In this document: positions 1-12,945 of the stretch, piece by piece
Layout: the number at the start of each line of letters is the position of its first letter
Position numbering within the stretch: the stretch's first letter is position 1
Assembly: GCA_013265495.1 (NCBI GenBank)
Contig: MU058423.1
Location: 2,433,061 to 2,497,060 of the forward strand
DNA from: Vicugna vicugna
Taxonomy: Eukaryota
Length of the DNA: 64,000 nucleotides
Reading direction: 5' to 3'
Position numbers and translations under genes: made by a program
The notes under the pieces: generated by a model
The model's input: the letters and a program-made list of their open reading frames with translations, nothing else
The model's database searches: none
Told to the model about the DNA's origin: nothing

Positions 1-1594
1 AACAGTTGGAAGAACTGTGTGCGATTCCAGAACCTCTGCAACTTTCTTGCTGTTCTGATTTTTGTTAACATCTCATTTCCATGGAGCAATGAGAAGGGAT
101 TAGCAGGAACATGGATGGAGTTTGTCTTCACAGTCAGGGACAGCCAGGAAAGGGGGATGAAGTGAGACTGGGATGCAGTCTTCAGACATGTTGGGAGGAT
201 GCGGTGTGGTGCCCAGAGGAGGCAAGAAGAGTCACGTTCCTCTTGAAAAGAGTTCGGGGAGCAAGGGACAGACCCCCGCAGCGCTGACCGCACCCCACGC
301 CCCATAGCAGGGCGCCTTCTGCGCTTCTGCCACCTCTTTCCAGTCCTTCCGCCCAGAGGTCCAGGCTCATTCGCGGTGTTCCTTCCACAGGTGCTGACTG
401 ACCACCTACTCTAGCCCAAGAGAAAAATCACATCTGGTCTGGTGATAACGGAAGTTTGTAAAAATAACCGCGAGACAGCAAGAGGAATGCTTGTGGGGAC
501 ATGGCCCGGCTGCAGGAGGCAGGAAATCATTTTAGGATTTCCTTCAGACACAGCATTTAAAATTTCGTCCTTCAGTGAAAAAGTCTTTCACTGACTTGTT
601 GGAAAAATATAAATGGCTCTGTTATTAACAGTTGTGCCCACCCATGCCTTTCCTGAAAGGGCTTTCCTGGCTGTGTTGCCTGCCTCTTTTGGGAGAGGTC
701 AGAGGTCAGAACACCCTACGGGAAGGGCACCACTGTTAGCAGCCATCCTGGAGGGTGGCTGGAGGGACTGGAGGTCGAGGGCTGCAAGCAGCTTCCACAC
801 TACGGTTATGCATCTGACCGTACACATCCGCATTGCCCTGGGACCACCTTTCAGGTGACCTTCCTCATTGGAAGGCGCAGATTTTGCATCTTGGTGTGGC
901 AGGTGCTCCATGAATGGCTGAATCAGTGAATGAGTCCGTGATGGTGGAGGGCGGGCTATGGCGCTGAGGCCGCAGGGCTGTCCGAGGTCCAGGCCCAGCT
1001 GAGGACCACGTGGGGGCAAAGCCCACAAGGGAGACCCGAGTGCAGTCTGTTGGGGGAACATGGCCCCTTACCTCTGCTTCCTTGCACCCAGGGTTGGCTG
1101 AGAAATGGCCATCACCACCGAGTCCCATGCCTGTCACCCTCTCTCCCCTGGGCGAGTGACCTCCAGTGGGCAGCCCCTCACACAATGAATGGCAGCCGAT
1201 CCTCCCTCAGAAGCTTTAGCAACTGCCTCCGCACTGGTCACCCACCCGCATTCCCGGAGCCCTTTCCTGCTGACTCACTGCAGGCCCCGTCGGTCCAAGC
1301 TTCCTGCCAGAAGCCCAGGAGGCTAGAGGGAGGAGGCCGCGGACACTGCCTCAGGAGCCAGGAATGCTCTGCTGGGCGGGAAGCAGAGCCGACTGACTTC
1401 CCAGTTCCTGCTGCTCTGAAGGGATGACCAGGAAGTGGACAGTCTAGGGGCTGAGTGTACGCCTCTGTCCCTGACGCAGTCACAGCCAGGCCCTCACTCA
1501 CCCCCACCCACTCGCATTTCAGAGAACAAGGCTCCCCCAGCCCCCTGCCCCTGCTGCTCATGTCAAAGCACTATTCAGGGTCTGCCCTGTTACT

Positions 1595-2100
1595 CCGTGT
1601 CCTGTGGGATTGCCTGTGACGGCGTGTGGTTGTGCACAGTTGCCTACGACTGTGTGTTCTCGTGTGCCAAGGAGTGTGGTTGAGTGTGGCTGTGGTTGGG
1701 TAGGGTGGTATGAGTCTGTGCGTGGCCGTGTGTGATTCAGAATCCCCATCACAGTGCAGTTGTGTGCGATTACACGCAGATGAACAGTGTGAGTGTGAAT
1801 GGATGTGGTTAAGTCCCACCGTGCACGGTGTGGGTGGTTTCGTGTGCTTGTATGTTACGGCCTGTGAGGGCCTGCTCGCCTGTGGTTATGTGTGACTACG
1901 TGGCTGTGTGCTGCTGATGGCCACGGTGTGTGATAGAGTGTGTTTGTGGGTGGCTGTGTGTGACTGGGTGGGCTTCGTGTGATTCTCCAGGACCATGTGT
2001 GTTCCATGGCACAGGCCCAGGGAGGTGAGGGGTCTGCAGCCCATATTCCTGGTAGGGGAGGGACAGGGGTGTAGGGTGTGTGTGTGTGTGTGTGTGTGTC
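1595..2100 (+). repeat. Degenerate TG-rich low-complexity tract ending in a perfect (TG)n microsatellite (~2077-2099)
   Basis: Dense tgtg/gtgt motifs over ~500 bp. Confidence 0.8.
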
Positions 2101-3734
2101 TGTTGTATGGTTTCTCCTTTCCTAGTTGCCTCCCCTGGGCAGCCTGTAACTTCTGAAAGGAAGTAAAACTAGTTTTTAGGATGTTCTTCCCCTGGGTCAC
2201 TGATCAATTTCAGAGTGTTTTCTTGGAACAGGCCTGACTTCGAGTAATGCCAGCCCATCTGAGCCCTCGCAGCAGCTCCCAGTGCTAACAAAGTCCCAGC
2301 ACAGCCCTGGCTCAGGCCCAGGTGGCCTCCCCTCTGCAGGACACAGCTAGTTTCTCTTGGCCCCGGCCCTCAGCCCTCCCCATGCCTAATCTGTGCAAAA
2401 GGGACACAGATGCCCAGCTCTCCTTCCTTTTCCACCCTCAAGTCATGCTTTTGAAGGGGCTCATCACCCACTCCTTCAGAGAAAGCAGAAAGGATAACAA
2501 AGCATCCCACATGAAGGATTTAGGAACGTTTCAGACTTTCACAGGCCCTTACAGTCCTGGCCCCTGAGCTACTGCCTCTGGGCTTCTGGCCTCCACTTTT
2601 CTACCTGAGGAAGGTGAGGGACCTTCCCTCACCACCATCACCACCCCTCCCACAGCTGAGTTGAGCCTTCTGCCTCTCTGAGAGACTCCAGCCCTCAGGG
2701 CCTTGGCTCTGCCCAGAGATGACAGAAATGATTCCTCTGGTTTGTCTTCTACAGATCAGAGTTGGGCCTCAGCTGCCCAGATGTGTGACCCTGTAACTGC
2801 TTCTGCCCCTGCTGGCAAAGAGTGTCTATGCTTAGGGTCTGGATGGGCTGTGTGATCAGTTCTGTGCCAGGCTGAGGATGAGCAAGGTGGTGCCGAGCCA
2901 GCAGGATGCTGGAGAAAGTGCTGGAAGCAGGGGTAGGGGGAAGGCAGAATGGAGGGTGGGGAGACAGCGCTCTGTAGAGAGAACTGGGCTAGGGCCAAGT
3001 GTGCCCCAGCAACACCAGGGGGCCCATGGACCCTGGAGGGTGAGGCGTCGTCCAAAGAAGAACCTGGACCAGCAGCTCAGGATACCTAGGCTCTGTTCTA
3101 ACTCTGCCACCCAGCAGCTGTGTGACCAGAGGAAGCCGCTTTCCCTCTCTGGGCTTTAATTTATCTGCTCTGAAGACTGAAATGACAGAGGAAATGAAAT
3201 ATGAAGAAGTAGGCGCTCGACAGACTTGAGCCCTCATCCCGCATCCTAAAAATAGTTGTTCACCCCTTCCCAGGGTTTTAAGGCTCTTCCCAGCCCAGAT
3301 GGTTTACGTCTCTGAAGGAATCCATCTTTTCTTCCTCCATTAAAACTGGCAGGGCTCACCATACCCAGATCCCAAGGAGACCCTGCTTGGAGTGGGCAGG
3401 GGTGGTGAGGTGGGATGGAGTTGAACACTAAGAAGGAAAGAAGGTCTGGGGTGGAGGAAGGTGGGCAAACATGGGGAGCTTCCCAGAGCAGGACCTGACA
3501 CAGGTATCTACTTATCCTTCCTGACTTGTCCATCCAGCTGGCTCCTGTTCCCTCCCTCCCCACCAGCCACAACCTGCCCTCTGGGGCAATGGTGCTGGAC
3601 TCAAATCATTCTGGTTACTTTTGTGGCTCAACACTTGAGAAGCATTCACACCAAATTCCACATCCCAAGCCCAACAAGCTAAGCACCAGAGGCTAGAAAA
3701 AATTAGTAGGATACAGAGTTTATCTTCTAAGAAC

Positions 3735-3930
3735 TTTTTTTTATTAATTGAAGTATGGTCGATTAACAATGTTGTGTTAATTTCTGGTGTGCATCATAGT
3801 AATTCAGTTATATATGTTCCTTTTCATATTCTTTTTCATTATAGGCCATTATAAGATATTGAGTATAGTTCTCTGTGCTATACAGTAGGACATTGTTTTT
3901 TTAATCTATTTTATATATAGTAGTTAGTCT
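3735..3930 (-). mobile_element. L1 3'-end fragment (artiodactyl type)
   Basis: T-tract followed by attgaagtatggtcgattaacaatgttgtgttaatttctggtgt...tgtgctatacagtagga, a typical antisense L1 3' UTR. Confidence 0.8.
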
Positions 3931-4275
3931 CTACAACTAGTTAGCATCTACAAACTTTTAACTACAATACTAAGGACACCTATTGATCGGACTAGTTAAT
4001 ACCACATGGCAAATTCAACTGCCTTCAAGATCCAGACAGATGATATAAATGGCTGAAGCAGCCTGGTGGAAGCCAATAGGGCATGGTGGGGTCTGGAGAC
4101 CAACTGTGAACCAACATTTCCCATTTCAAAGTGGGCCAAATAAGAGACAGCTGCTCCTAGCTGCCTTTTATGGCATTTTCTGAGTTCTCACTAAGTGCCA
4201 GGCACTGTGTAGAGTGCTTCTGTGCTTTCTTTCACTTAACTCTCTCAAGAATTCTATGAGATAGAGATTAGTATT

Positions 4276-4823
4276 GTAGAAGAGAGATTCTAAGGTGACC
4301 CCCATGACCCGTATATCCTCATGTTCATGCCTCTGTATAATCCCCTCCCACTAGGGTATGACAGAACCTAAGACTTGTTTCTAACCAATGGAATAACCAG
4401 TATGTCAGTATCTAACCAGTAATGGCAAAGGTGGTGGGGTGTCCCTTCCCGGATCACAACATGTCATAAAGACACAGTCTTGCCAGGAAACTGGTGCTAG
4501 GGACTCTCTCTCTCGCTGACTTTGAAGACGGAAGACCTCATGTTGTGAAAGGGCCTGTGGCAAGGAACTGTGGGTGGCCTCTAGAGACCAAGAGCAGCCC
4601 CAGCTGACAACCAGCAAGATCTCAATCCTTTAACCACAAGGAGATGAATTCTGCCAATGACCTGTGTGAGACTATTAGTGAACTCATCCCCATTAGAGCC
4701 TCCAGATGAGATGCCAGCTTAGCTGTGCCCAGACTCCTGACCCACGGACACTGTGAATAACAAATATGTGGTGTTTTAAGTTTTTACGTTTATGATCATT
4801 TGTATGAAGCAGTGGAAACACTA
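4276..4823 (+). mobile_element. MaLR LTR (MLT1-like) interrupting a MIR
   Basis: Characteristic MLT1 blocks (tataatcccctccca; ggcaaggaactgtgggtggcctctag; gaattctgccaat; ataacaaatatgtggtgttttaag...aacactaat). Confidence 0.7.
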
Positions 4824-7739
4824 ATGGTAGTATTATCCCTGTATCACAGATGAGAAACCTGAAGCTCAGAGACTGATCAGAGTCCCCAAATTAGTATAAG
4901 GCCCAGCAGGGACCAGAGCCCAGCCTCCAGCCTCCTCAGGCTGATATTCTATCCAGGATCCAGCCTGCCATGCTGGTCACTGTTGTCTCAGTGACCGCCT
5001 AGTTACAAGAGAGGTAATCTGCACGGTATTGATTAAAATATCATTTCTCCATTTCAATTCAACAATTTGCTGAACCCCTACCATGTGGCCTGCGCCGTGC
5101 CAGGTGTTGGTGTTACAGCGGTCAGCAGCACAGACACAGGACCTGCTTTTACGAAGAGGATGGAGAGGTGAAGGATGTGGACAAGGGACAAGGGATGTCG
5201 ATGTGACAAGGGTTATAAAACCAGGAGGGATGAGATGAGCTGGGAGCATGTAGTGGGAGAGCCAGCCTCGGCCGAGGGCCAGGGTCAGTCTCCTTGAGGA
5301 AGTGACACACAGGTCCCTTGGGGGCGGGCCTGGTAGGGAGTCAACCCGTCTGCGTTGCAAGTGAGTGAGTGAGTGGGTGAGTGGGTGAGCGTTCCTGGTC
5401 GAGGGTCCCCAGGGAAGGGGCTTCTTCCAGCAATGTGAAATCATCCTGTTTCCCTGCACTGGCTTCCAAGATGCCTTGTCCCAAGGACTCAGGGTCTGAC
5501 TGGTCTGTGATGCTGAAGACCTCAGAGCATCACTTCCTGGATGCATCACGTGTGGATGGGGTAGGGGTGAAAGTTGCTTAGCTGTTACTCTCATCCCTTG
5601 AACGTCCCCAGACATCTGGCGGGGAAGAATGGCAGGTGGGGGTTGGAGGCAAAGCAGGCAGATAGGGGAGGGGTGATGGTATGAGCAGAGGCAGAGAGAA
5701 GAGCAGGAATTAAGCCCCCAGATTTCACCCCCTGCCCCCCCCCACCATGGGCCCAGCTGCAACTTGTGATGGCTCAGCAGATCCGGGGGGCCTTGCTGAT
5801 AAGCTGGCAGGATGGTGTGGATCAGGCAGAGTCCCAGCAGGAAGCAGGCAACATACTCCAATTGGACCATTTGAGGAGCATGCAATGAAGAGATTCTTTG
5901 CAAAGGTAAGGCCAGGGTGTAGGAAAGGACTGCAAGAACCTGGACCAACAGCCGCTGTCTCTTCCACTGCTTAGGCCTGCTGGGGCCGGGGAGGTGACCA
6001 GAGGTGCTCTGAGAGGAAAGGCTGATTGGACAGATCTGCGGCCTCAGTTGAGGGGTGCAGCCAGACTGTGGCAAACCCACGGGGGGCCTCAGGGGGAATA
6101 AGTGCCTCCTCGCTCTCCTTTCTGCCTCCCATACGCTGGCAGTGGTCGCCACTGGTCAAGACAGAGAGTGAGGGTACCCATCAAAGCAATCCCACAGGTC
6201 AGCCTCCGGGGCACAGAGTAGGGTGGAGAAGCTGGGGAGCAGACCTGAAAGCGAGAAGAGACTCAGTCCCAACTCCCCCCTTTCCCGGGTAGGGACTCTG
6301 GACCAGCCACTTAGCATTCCTGGGCCTCAGATTCTGTCTCTGTAAAAAGAACAGTGAGCATGCTTACATTGTTCTGAATTTGCAATTTGATGATGAAGGA
6401 TGCCAGGTTGGAGCCCTGTGTGCATTGTGCATTGGCCAGCTGCCCATGCACTTGGTTTCCAAGGGTCAGCAACAAGAACACAAAACTGGGGCCACTAAAG
6501 AGCCAGACCCCCTGGGCATCCGACAAATGCACTGATGAGAGGCTTGCTTAGCTGGTCTTGGAGGCCCTGCCAGGACAGGAACCCAGAAACTGCAGGGGCT
6601 CGAGGGCCGTGTTTGCGTGTGCACATATGTGGCCTATAGACGTGGGAAGGGTGGTGCCTGGCCTCTGAGACCCTCTGGAGAGAAGCAGCAGCAGGCCTGT
6701 TGCAGCCCAGGGTCCGCACTCAGGATAGCCGAGGTGGGTGGAGGAGCAGACCGCCCCCGCCCCCCGGACTCACGTGCCCAGTGAGAAGGGGACGTGGCAG
6801 CACTGGTCCACTTCCCCCTGTGCAACTCCTCCCAGGCACCCCAGACACGTGTCATTTAGGTGGGACCCTGGCAGCAACGGGGAGGGACACACCACCTCAC
6901 AGGGCAACCAGGGCAGCTGGGCAGCTACCTGTCCCTGGGTGTCCGGGCCCTGCAGGGGACAGCCCTCAGGCCCTTAAGGACAGACTCCAGGCCCTCACCC
7001 CACCTCTGCCTGCCTGTGACATTGCTTCCGTGCCCAGAACAAAGGCCCCTGGTAAAACCCACAGGCCGCTACCCTTTATTTATCACCTGCATCTGAAGTT
7101 CACAGGAAGAGGGTTTTTCAAAGCATCAGAGTCAGTATGGCACTGTGGTCAGTTTTTCAAAAGAAAGGAAACCATAAACGATCAAAGAACTGCAGGTGCA
7201 GCAGATTAAGGCCCTGCCGGGGTGGGATGGGACCGAGGGAAAAGAAGGGTGCACATGCCTGGAGGAGAGGCTGCCGCGTTCCCAGCTCTCAGGGCAGGAG
7301 CCAAAGGAGCAGAGAAGGAAACAACTGAGGGAAGGAGAGACGGGGCTGCCCCTACTGCTTTTTAGGTCGAGAGATGACAGCGCGCATGGCCATGGCCGGG
7401 GTCCTTGCCAGCTCTTGCCCACACCTGTAATCACCTCCTAACTGTTCACCCAGCTCGGTTTGCTGCCTCCAACTCCAGCCTCCACGTCACAGTGGCAAAT
7501 TTCCTTCTTCTGAGCAACACCGTTTTTTTGTGCTTCTTCATCTCAGGTGCATCCCAGAGCTCCAAATGGAAAACATTAAGTTTCCACCTCTCTGATGATG
7601 AGACTGTGACGGAACTTACCGAGTTGCTTACAAAAAGTGAGGGCTCTGAAGTGGTTCATTTACTGCCTGTATTTTCCTTTTGCTTCATTTTTCTCATTTC
7701 TTTTTCATTTATCTTGCTGCCTTGAATGGGAAAAAACTT

Positions 7740-8800
7740 TTTATTTTCTGAAGTTGTGAAATGTTTCAAAAATTTGGAAAAAGCACAGGGAATTATATAG
7801 CGAACACCCCGTACTCACCTACAAGCTTTATCAATTCTTAACTGATGGCCAGAATTTTTTTTTTCTTCTTGTTGCGATAAAATATACTAACACAAAACTT
7901 ACCTTTTTAACCATTTCAATATGACATCTCTCCTATGCCCTGCCCTTCTCTAGAGGTAATCACTATTCTGAATTTGATTCTCCTATAAAAGTGATACATA
8001 TGTGTTATAAAACAATCCATACAGTGGAGAAGAATATAAAGCAAAAACTAAAAATCTTCCCACCATCCTCAGCCTGAAACTCACTCCCCCTAAAGTAACC
8101 ATTGTTAAAACTTTCTATGAATCTTTCCAGGTATTTTTAAGATACATATGATCTATACTGGCTTGTTTTCTTTCTTTATACATGTGAACTTACACTATGC
8201 ATCATGTTCTCCAATGTGCCTTTTGCTCCCAGTGATCGCTATTTCTTGGACATTTTTCCGTGTTAGTACTGCTAAATCTGCTGTGTTCTTTCTAACAGCT
8301 GCATGAGATTCTACTTTATTTAATAGTTTCCCATGCGTGGGTATTTAGGTGGTTTCCAGCTCCTGAGCTATTCTAAACAAGCCTCCATTGAACATCCTTG
8401 ACATATAGTTTTGCTCCTTTGTAGGCATACTGTGTATCTATAGAAGAGAGACCTAAAAATAGAGTTTCTAGATTAAAAAGTATTGAGCATTTGACACCTT
8501 GAAAGATATTGCTAACCCCCCCAAAAAATGATCAACTCAAACATCAACAAACAGCATGTGAGAGTTTCTGTTTCCCTACATCCTCAAGAATACGTCTTTT
8601 CATCCCCCTATTGGCCTTTTGTTTATTTTCTTCTGTAAGCTGCCTGCTCTTATCTGTTTTGAACCCTAGCATTTCATGGGCTTTTTTTTTTTTTAACATT
8701 TGAATCTTTACTCCATCTGGAATTAAGTTTAGATGCAGAGTGAGATAGACATTCTTTTTGATTAACAATTATTGATGTCCCTACTCTATAAATAGACCAA
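7740..8800 (-). mobile_element. Old L1 (L1M-type) fragments
   Basis: AT-rich antisense L1 3' motifs (gaggtaatcactattctgaattt; gggtatttaggtggtttccag; attgaacatccttg). Confidence 0.6.
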
Positions 8801-9104
8801 ATTAAGCACCAAGATAAAGAGAAAAGTGGATTTCTCTCCATTCCTAACCAGCCATAAGCTATCTGATTTTGCCCCCTCACTTAGAACAAGCTGACATCGA
8901 GGCTCTAGGTGAAGAAATGGAATGTCCATAATGGATGAGTGGACACAGAGGCTCTGCAAATATCCAATCAATCATCTGTTAATTGTTCAACAAACAGGCA
9001 GTTGAGGATTCAGTCAATGGAAGCTCGGTTTTTCCCTGAGGAGATGTGTGTTGCATTTGGGAAGAGGAAGGGGGTATACACATTCTTGGTGGCCAGAAGA
9101 GTTG

Positions 9105-10045
9105 ACTGTGGCAGACTGCAAACGGTCCACCCAAATCCATTCTCCCTCTTCCTTTACAACAGACTTGAAGCTGGGCACGTGGTGTCTGACTAGGGACAGC
9201 GTTTCCCAGCCCTGTGCGCTTAGAAGGGGCCGTGTGACTACATTCTCACCAGGGGAATGTGAGTGAAACTGGCATTAGCCTCTCTAGCTATAAGGGTTTT
9301 AAAATACGACAAATTCTTCAACTCTCTCCCTGCCAAGTGTTAGGTGTCTATGACCCCTCCTCTTCTACTGGGCTGTCTTCAAACAAGAGGAAAGTGAGAA
9401 GTAATGTGACTTCTGAGGCTCGGGCATAGAAGGCTGCGTGGCTTCTACCTTGTTCTCTGGGAACATTTGCTCTTGGAGCCCTGAGCCTCCAGATAAGAAG
9501 TCCAGCTCCCCTGAGGCCACCAAGTTGGGGAGCCACATGTCGGCACCCTGGAACAGCTCCTGCTGAGCCCAGTCCCCTAGTGAAGCACCGGGTGAGTAAA
9601 GATGCCTCCAGGCTATTCAGTCCCCAACCATTTGAGTCTCCTCCAGTCATCTGAGTCTTCCCAGCTGAGGCCTCAGACGTTGTAGAACAGAGACAAGACA
9701 TCCTCCCTCAGTTCTGTCCAAAATTCTCAGCACTCCCCATGGACCCACAGAATCTGTGAGGACAATGAAATGTTGATATGTGACAGCACTCCATTTTGGA
9801 GTGGTTTGTTATTCAGTAATAGACAACTGGAACCAAACCAAGACCTAGAAAGCTCTTCCCCCTTCCTGCTGCAATGACTTAGCCTCAACTATACAGATGA
9901 CAAATCCTAGGAATGACAGAGCCACAGGATGGAAGGAACCTGGGTCCCCAAAGGACCGTGTGGCACACTGCTGCCCGCTGATTAAAAACACTCACCTTGA
10001 ATGTTGTATATGAGAGAGGAAGCAATGTCTTTATTCCTTAAGCCA
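9105..10045 (+). mobile_element. Nested or adjacent MaLR (MLT1-like) LTR remnants
   Basis: MLT1-like blocks (tttcccagccctgtgcgcttag; gtcttcccagctgaggcctcagac; ttttggagtggtttgttattcagtaatagacaactggaac; gatggaaggaacctgggtcccc). Confidence 0.6.
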
Positions 10046-10906
10046 AACAAAGGGAACAAAGATAAAGCAGTGAGCAAGGCACACCTGGTCTGGCGGGGAG
10101 GGTGGGGGGAGGGGTCACAACCATGGATCAACCGTCCCCTAAATATACAATTGGTTGTTTAATGACAGTTCTTCGCAGAGATATACAGAGAGCTGTAAAA
10201 ACAATTCACAGGGCCTCCCACTCAGTCTGGGTGGACGTGGAAGGCCTGAGGAAGTGATGCAGCTTTGAGACCAAAAGGGTGAGTAGAAATTAAGTGGGAT
10301 GATAGGGAGGGAGGAGAGGAAGAATGTTCTGGCACCGAAAGTGGGTAGAGCATGTGCAAAGGCTCTGAGTCAGGAAGGAGATGGTGAGTTTGAGAAACTG
10401 GAAAAAATAAAAGCCAATGTGAGCCTTGTGGGTCAGGCTGAGGATTTCAAATATGACCTCTCAGGAGTAAGAGTCCGCGGGATAATTCCCGAAGGAGAGC
10501 GACTTGGTCAGGTCAGCCTCTGGAAGCTGCATGGGGACAGACTGGGGGCAGGGAGACCACCCGGAAGCTGATGGAAACTCTGTCTATGGCGGGGGGCTGT
10601 GGAGAGAAGTGATTGTGTCTGAGAGATACTTAGGAGGTGGCTGACAGGTTTTAAGGGGTCAGGGGAGCTTGTTAAGAGAGCAAGAGAGGAGTCAGGGATG
10701 AAATACCAGTGAGATGATGTGTGGTCTATGAGTAAGTTAAGATGTCACGGCCAGAGGAAACCTGGACATGGCCAAGTTCAAAGGCAGCTCAGAGCAGGAG
10801 AATGGGGATTGGATTTGTTGGTAGGTGCCTTTGAGCAAGTCACTTTTCACATCTTTATATCTTTGTCTATAATATGGAAACAGTCTTCTACACAGGACAG
10901 CTTTAC

Positions 10907-11847
10907 CTTTAACATTTTTTATTGATTTATAATCATTTTACAATGTTGTGTCAAATTCCAGTGTAGAGCACAATTTTTCAGTTATACATGAACATATATA
11001 TATTCATTGCCACATTTTTTTCTTTGTGAGCTACCATAAGATCTTGTGTATGTTTCCCTGTGCTATACAGTATAATCTTGTTTATCTATTCTACAATTCT
11101 GAAATCCCATCTATCCTGTCCCACCCTCCACCCCCTTGGCAACCACAACTTTGTATTCTATGTCTATGAGTCTATTTCTGTTTTGTATTTATGCTTTGTT
11201 TGTGTGTTTTGTTTTGTTTTGTTTTTTAGATTCCACATATGAGTGATCTCATATGGTATTTTTCTTTCTCTTTCTGGCTTACTTCACTTAGAATGACATT
11301 CTCCAGAAGCATCCATGTTGCTGCAAATGGTATGGTTTTTCTTTTTCATGGCCGAGTAGTATTCCAGTGCATAAATATACCACAACTTCTTTATCCAGTC
11401 CTCTGTGGATGGACATTTAGGTTGTTTCCATTAGTATGACCTCATCTTAACTTATTACAACTACAGAGACTCTCTTTCTCAGTATTTCTTAACAACATTC
11501 TGAGGTGCTAAGTGAATTTAGGGGAACATTTCACCCCACTCCAGCTGCCTGCCATTTCAGATACAGGAGAGCTGTAGTAACAAATGAGGATACTGGTCCT
11601 GGTGGACACGCAGCTCTCTTCCCAACTATAGAACAAAAGCTCTAGGGAGAGAACTGTCAGTGGTCTACTCAGACCTCCCAGATCCTTTTCACTGATTCTA
11701 TGTGCCTCTGCCTTTAATTGCCTGCACCTAACACTCTTTGTAGAGGCTTCCCCTGGGTCACTATCAAGCCTTTGTCAGTTTCATTTGCAAAAATTTTTTT
11801 CCCATTCCGTAGGTTGTCGTTTTGTTTTACTTATGGTTTCCTTTGCT
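10907..11847 (-). mobile_element. 5'-truncated young L1 insertion with a non-L1 internal segment
   Basis: L1 3' end 10907-11431 and a further L1 piece 11763-11847 in the same orientation, bounded by a perfect 18-bp TSD TACACAGGACAGCTTTAC (10889-10906 / 11848-11865) inside a MIR-like element. Confidence 0.85.
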
Positions 11848-12105
11848 TACACAGGACAGCTTTACATATAAGGACAATGGCTGCCTTTATCCACCCAAAA
11901 ACATTTAGTGAGTGGTGCCCATGACGTGCAGTAAACAAGATAAATACATAAAGTACATGGGGTGTTAGTGAAAGTGCTAAGGGGAACAAATCAAGTAGGG
12001 AAAGGAGACAGAAGGAAGAGGCACATTTTTCAATAGGATGTTTAAGGTGTACACGCATGAACAGGGTGATCCAGTTTCTGTAGATTCAGAGGGAGGCTCT
12101 CCTTT

Positions 12106-12244
12106 TTTAAAAAAATATTATTTATTTCGCTTTTGTTGGGGGGCGGGTAGTTAAGTTTATTTATTTTAATGGAGATACTGGGGATTGAACCCAGGACCTC
12201 ATGCATGCTAAGCATGCATTTTACCACTGAGCTATACCCTCCCC
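12106..12244 (-). mobile_element. tRNA-derived SINE (camelid Vic-1-like)
   Basis: Reverse strand reads GGGGAGGGTATAGCTCAGTGGTAAAATGCATGCTTAGCATGCATGAGGTCCTGGGTTCAATCCCCAGTATCTCC with A/B boxes and an A-rich tail. 15-bp TSD with one mismatch: GGGAGGCTCTCCTTT 12091-12105 / GGGAGTCTCTCCTTT 12246-12260. Confidence 0.85.
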
Positions 12245-12945
12245 TGGGAGTCTCTCCTTTAGAAAATAAATATGAAAATATCTTATTTTTTCCAATTTCA
12301 CAAAAATATGTGGCCATATGGATAGATTTCTAGGGCCTTGAAAGGGGTAGGTATGAGTGAGGGGGGCCCAGAGCGTAAGCATCAAGAGTTTTGCAGCAAA
12401 TCCACCTCTGCTCATGAGTAACAGGGCTGTGGGGAGAGAGGCATGCGACTGTGGGTGTCACTGAAAGAACCTGTTTTTGGTGACTTACAGTAAGTCATTC
12501 AGTTACTCTAACCCTCAGTTTCCTGATCTGTAAATAGAGAGAACAGTATCAGGTCCTTACAAGGTTTTAAGGAGTAAATAATGGCATATAAATCATGTTT
12601 CTGGCTCACAGTAATGAGTGGTAGCTTATTATTTTAATTTTTATTCCTATCCGACACAGACAGAAAACCACAGACTCAGCCTGCGGGAGGGACCAAAATA
12701 AAAAGGGGATTATGAGCCCTATGGGCAGGCAGGCCATGAATTCACTGCCTGTGAATGCTGGGGTCAGTGGCTCCGGGATGCACGCACTGTTGTGTATGGC
12801 ATTTGACCTATGGAATTGGTGTGTGGCAATGGCCCTCGTGTGCTACACTCTTGAGCACAGCCTTGTGGAGATCGCACATCCAGGGAGAGGCTAGCTGCCC
12901 CTATGGACTTGGATGTGTGAACAGGATGAGCAGAAAGAGAGGAGG

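Noticed and set aside
4977..6152. Longest ORF in the track (391 aa, minus strand)
   Set aside because: Non-ATG start, no recognisable domain, Pro/Ser/Leu-rich composition typical of GC-rich non-coding DNA, and overlap with L2-like repeat sequence.
12166..12244. tRNA-like sequence on the minus strand
   Set aside because: It is the head of a tRNA-derived SINE with tail and TSD, not a tRNA gene.
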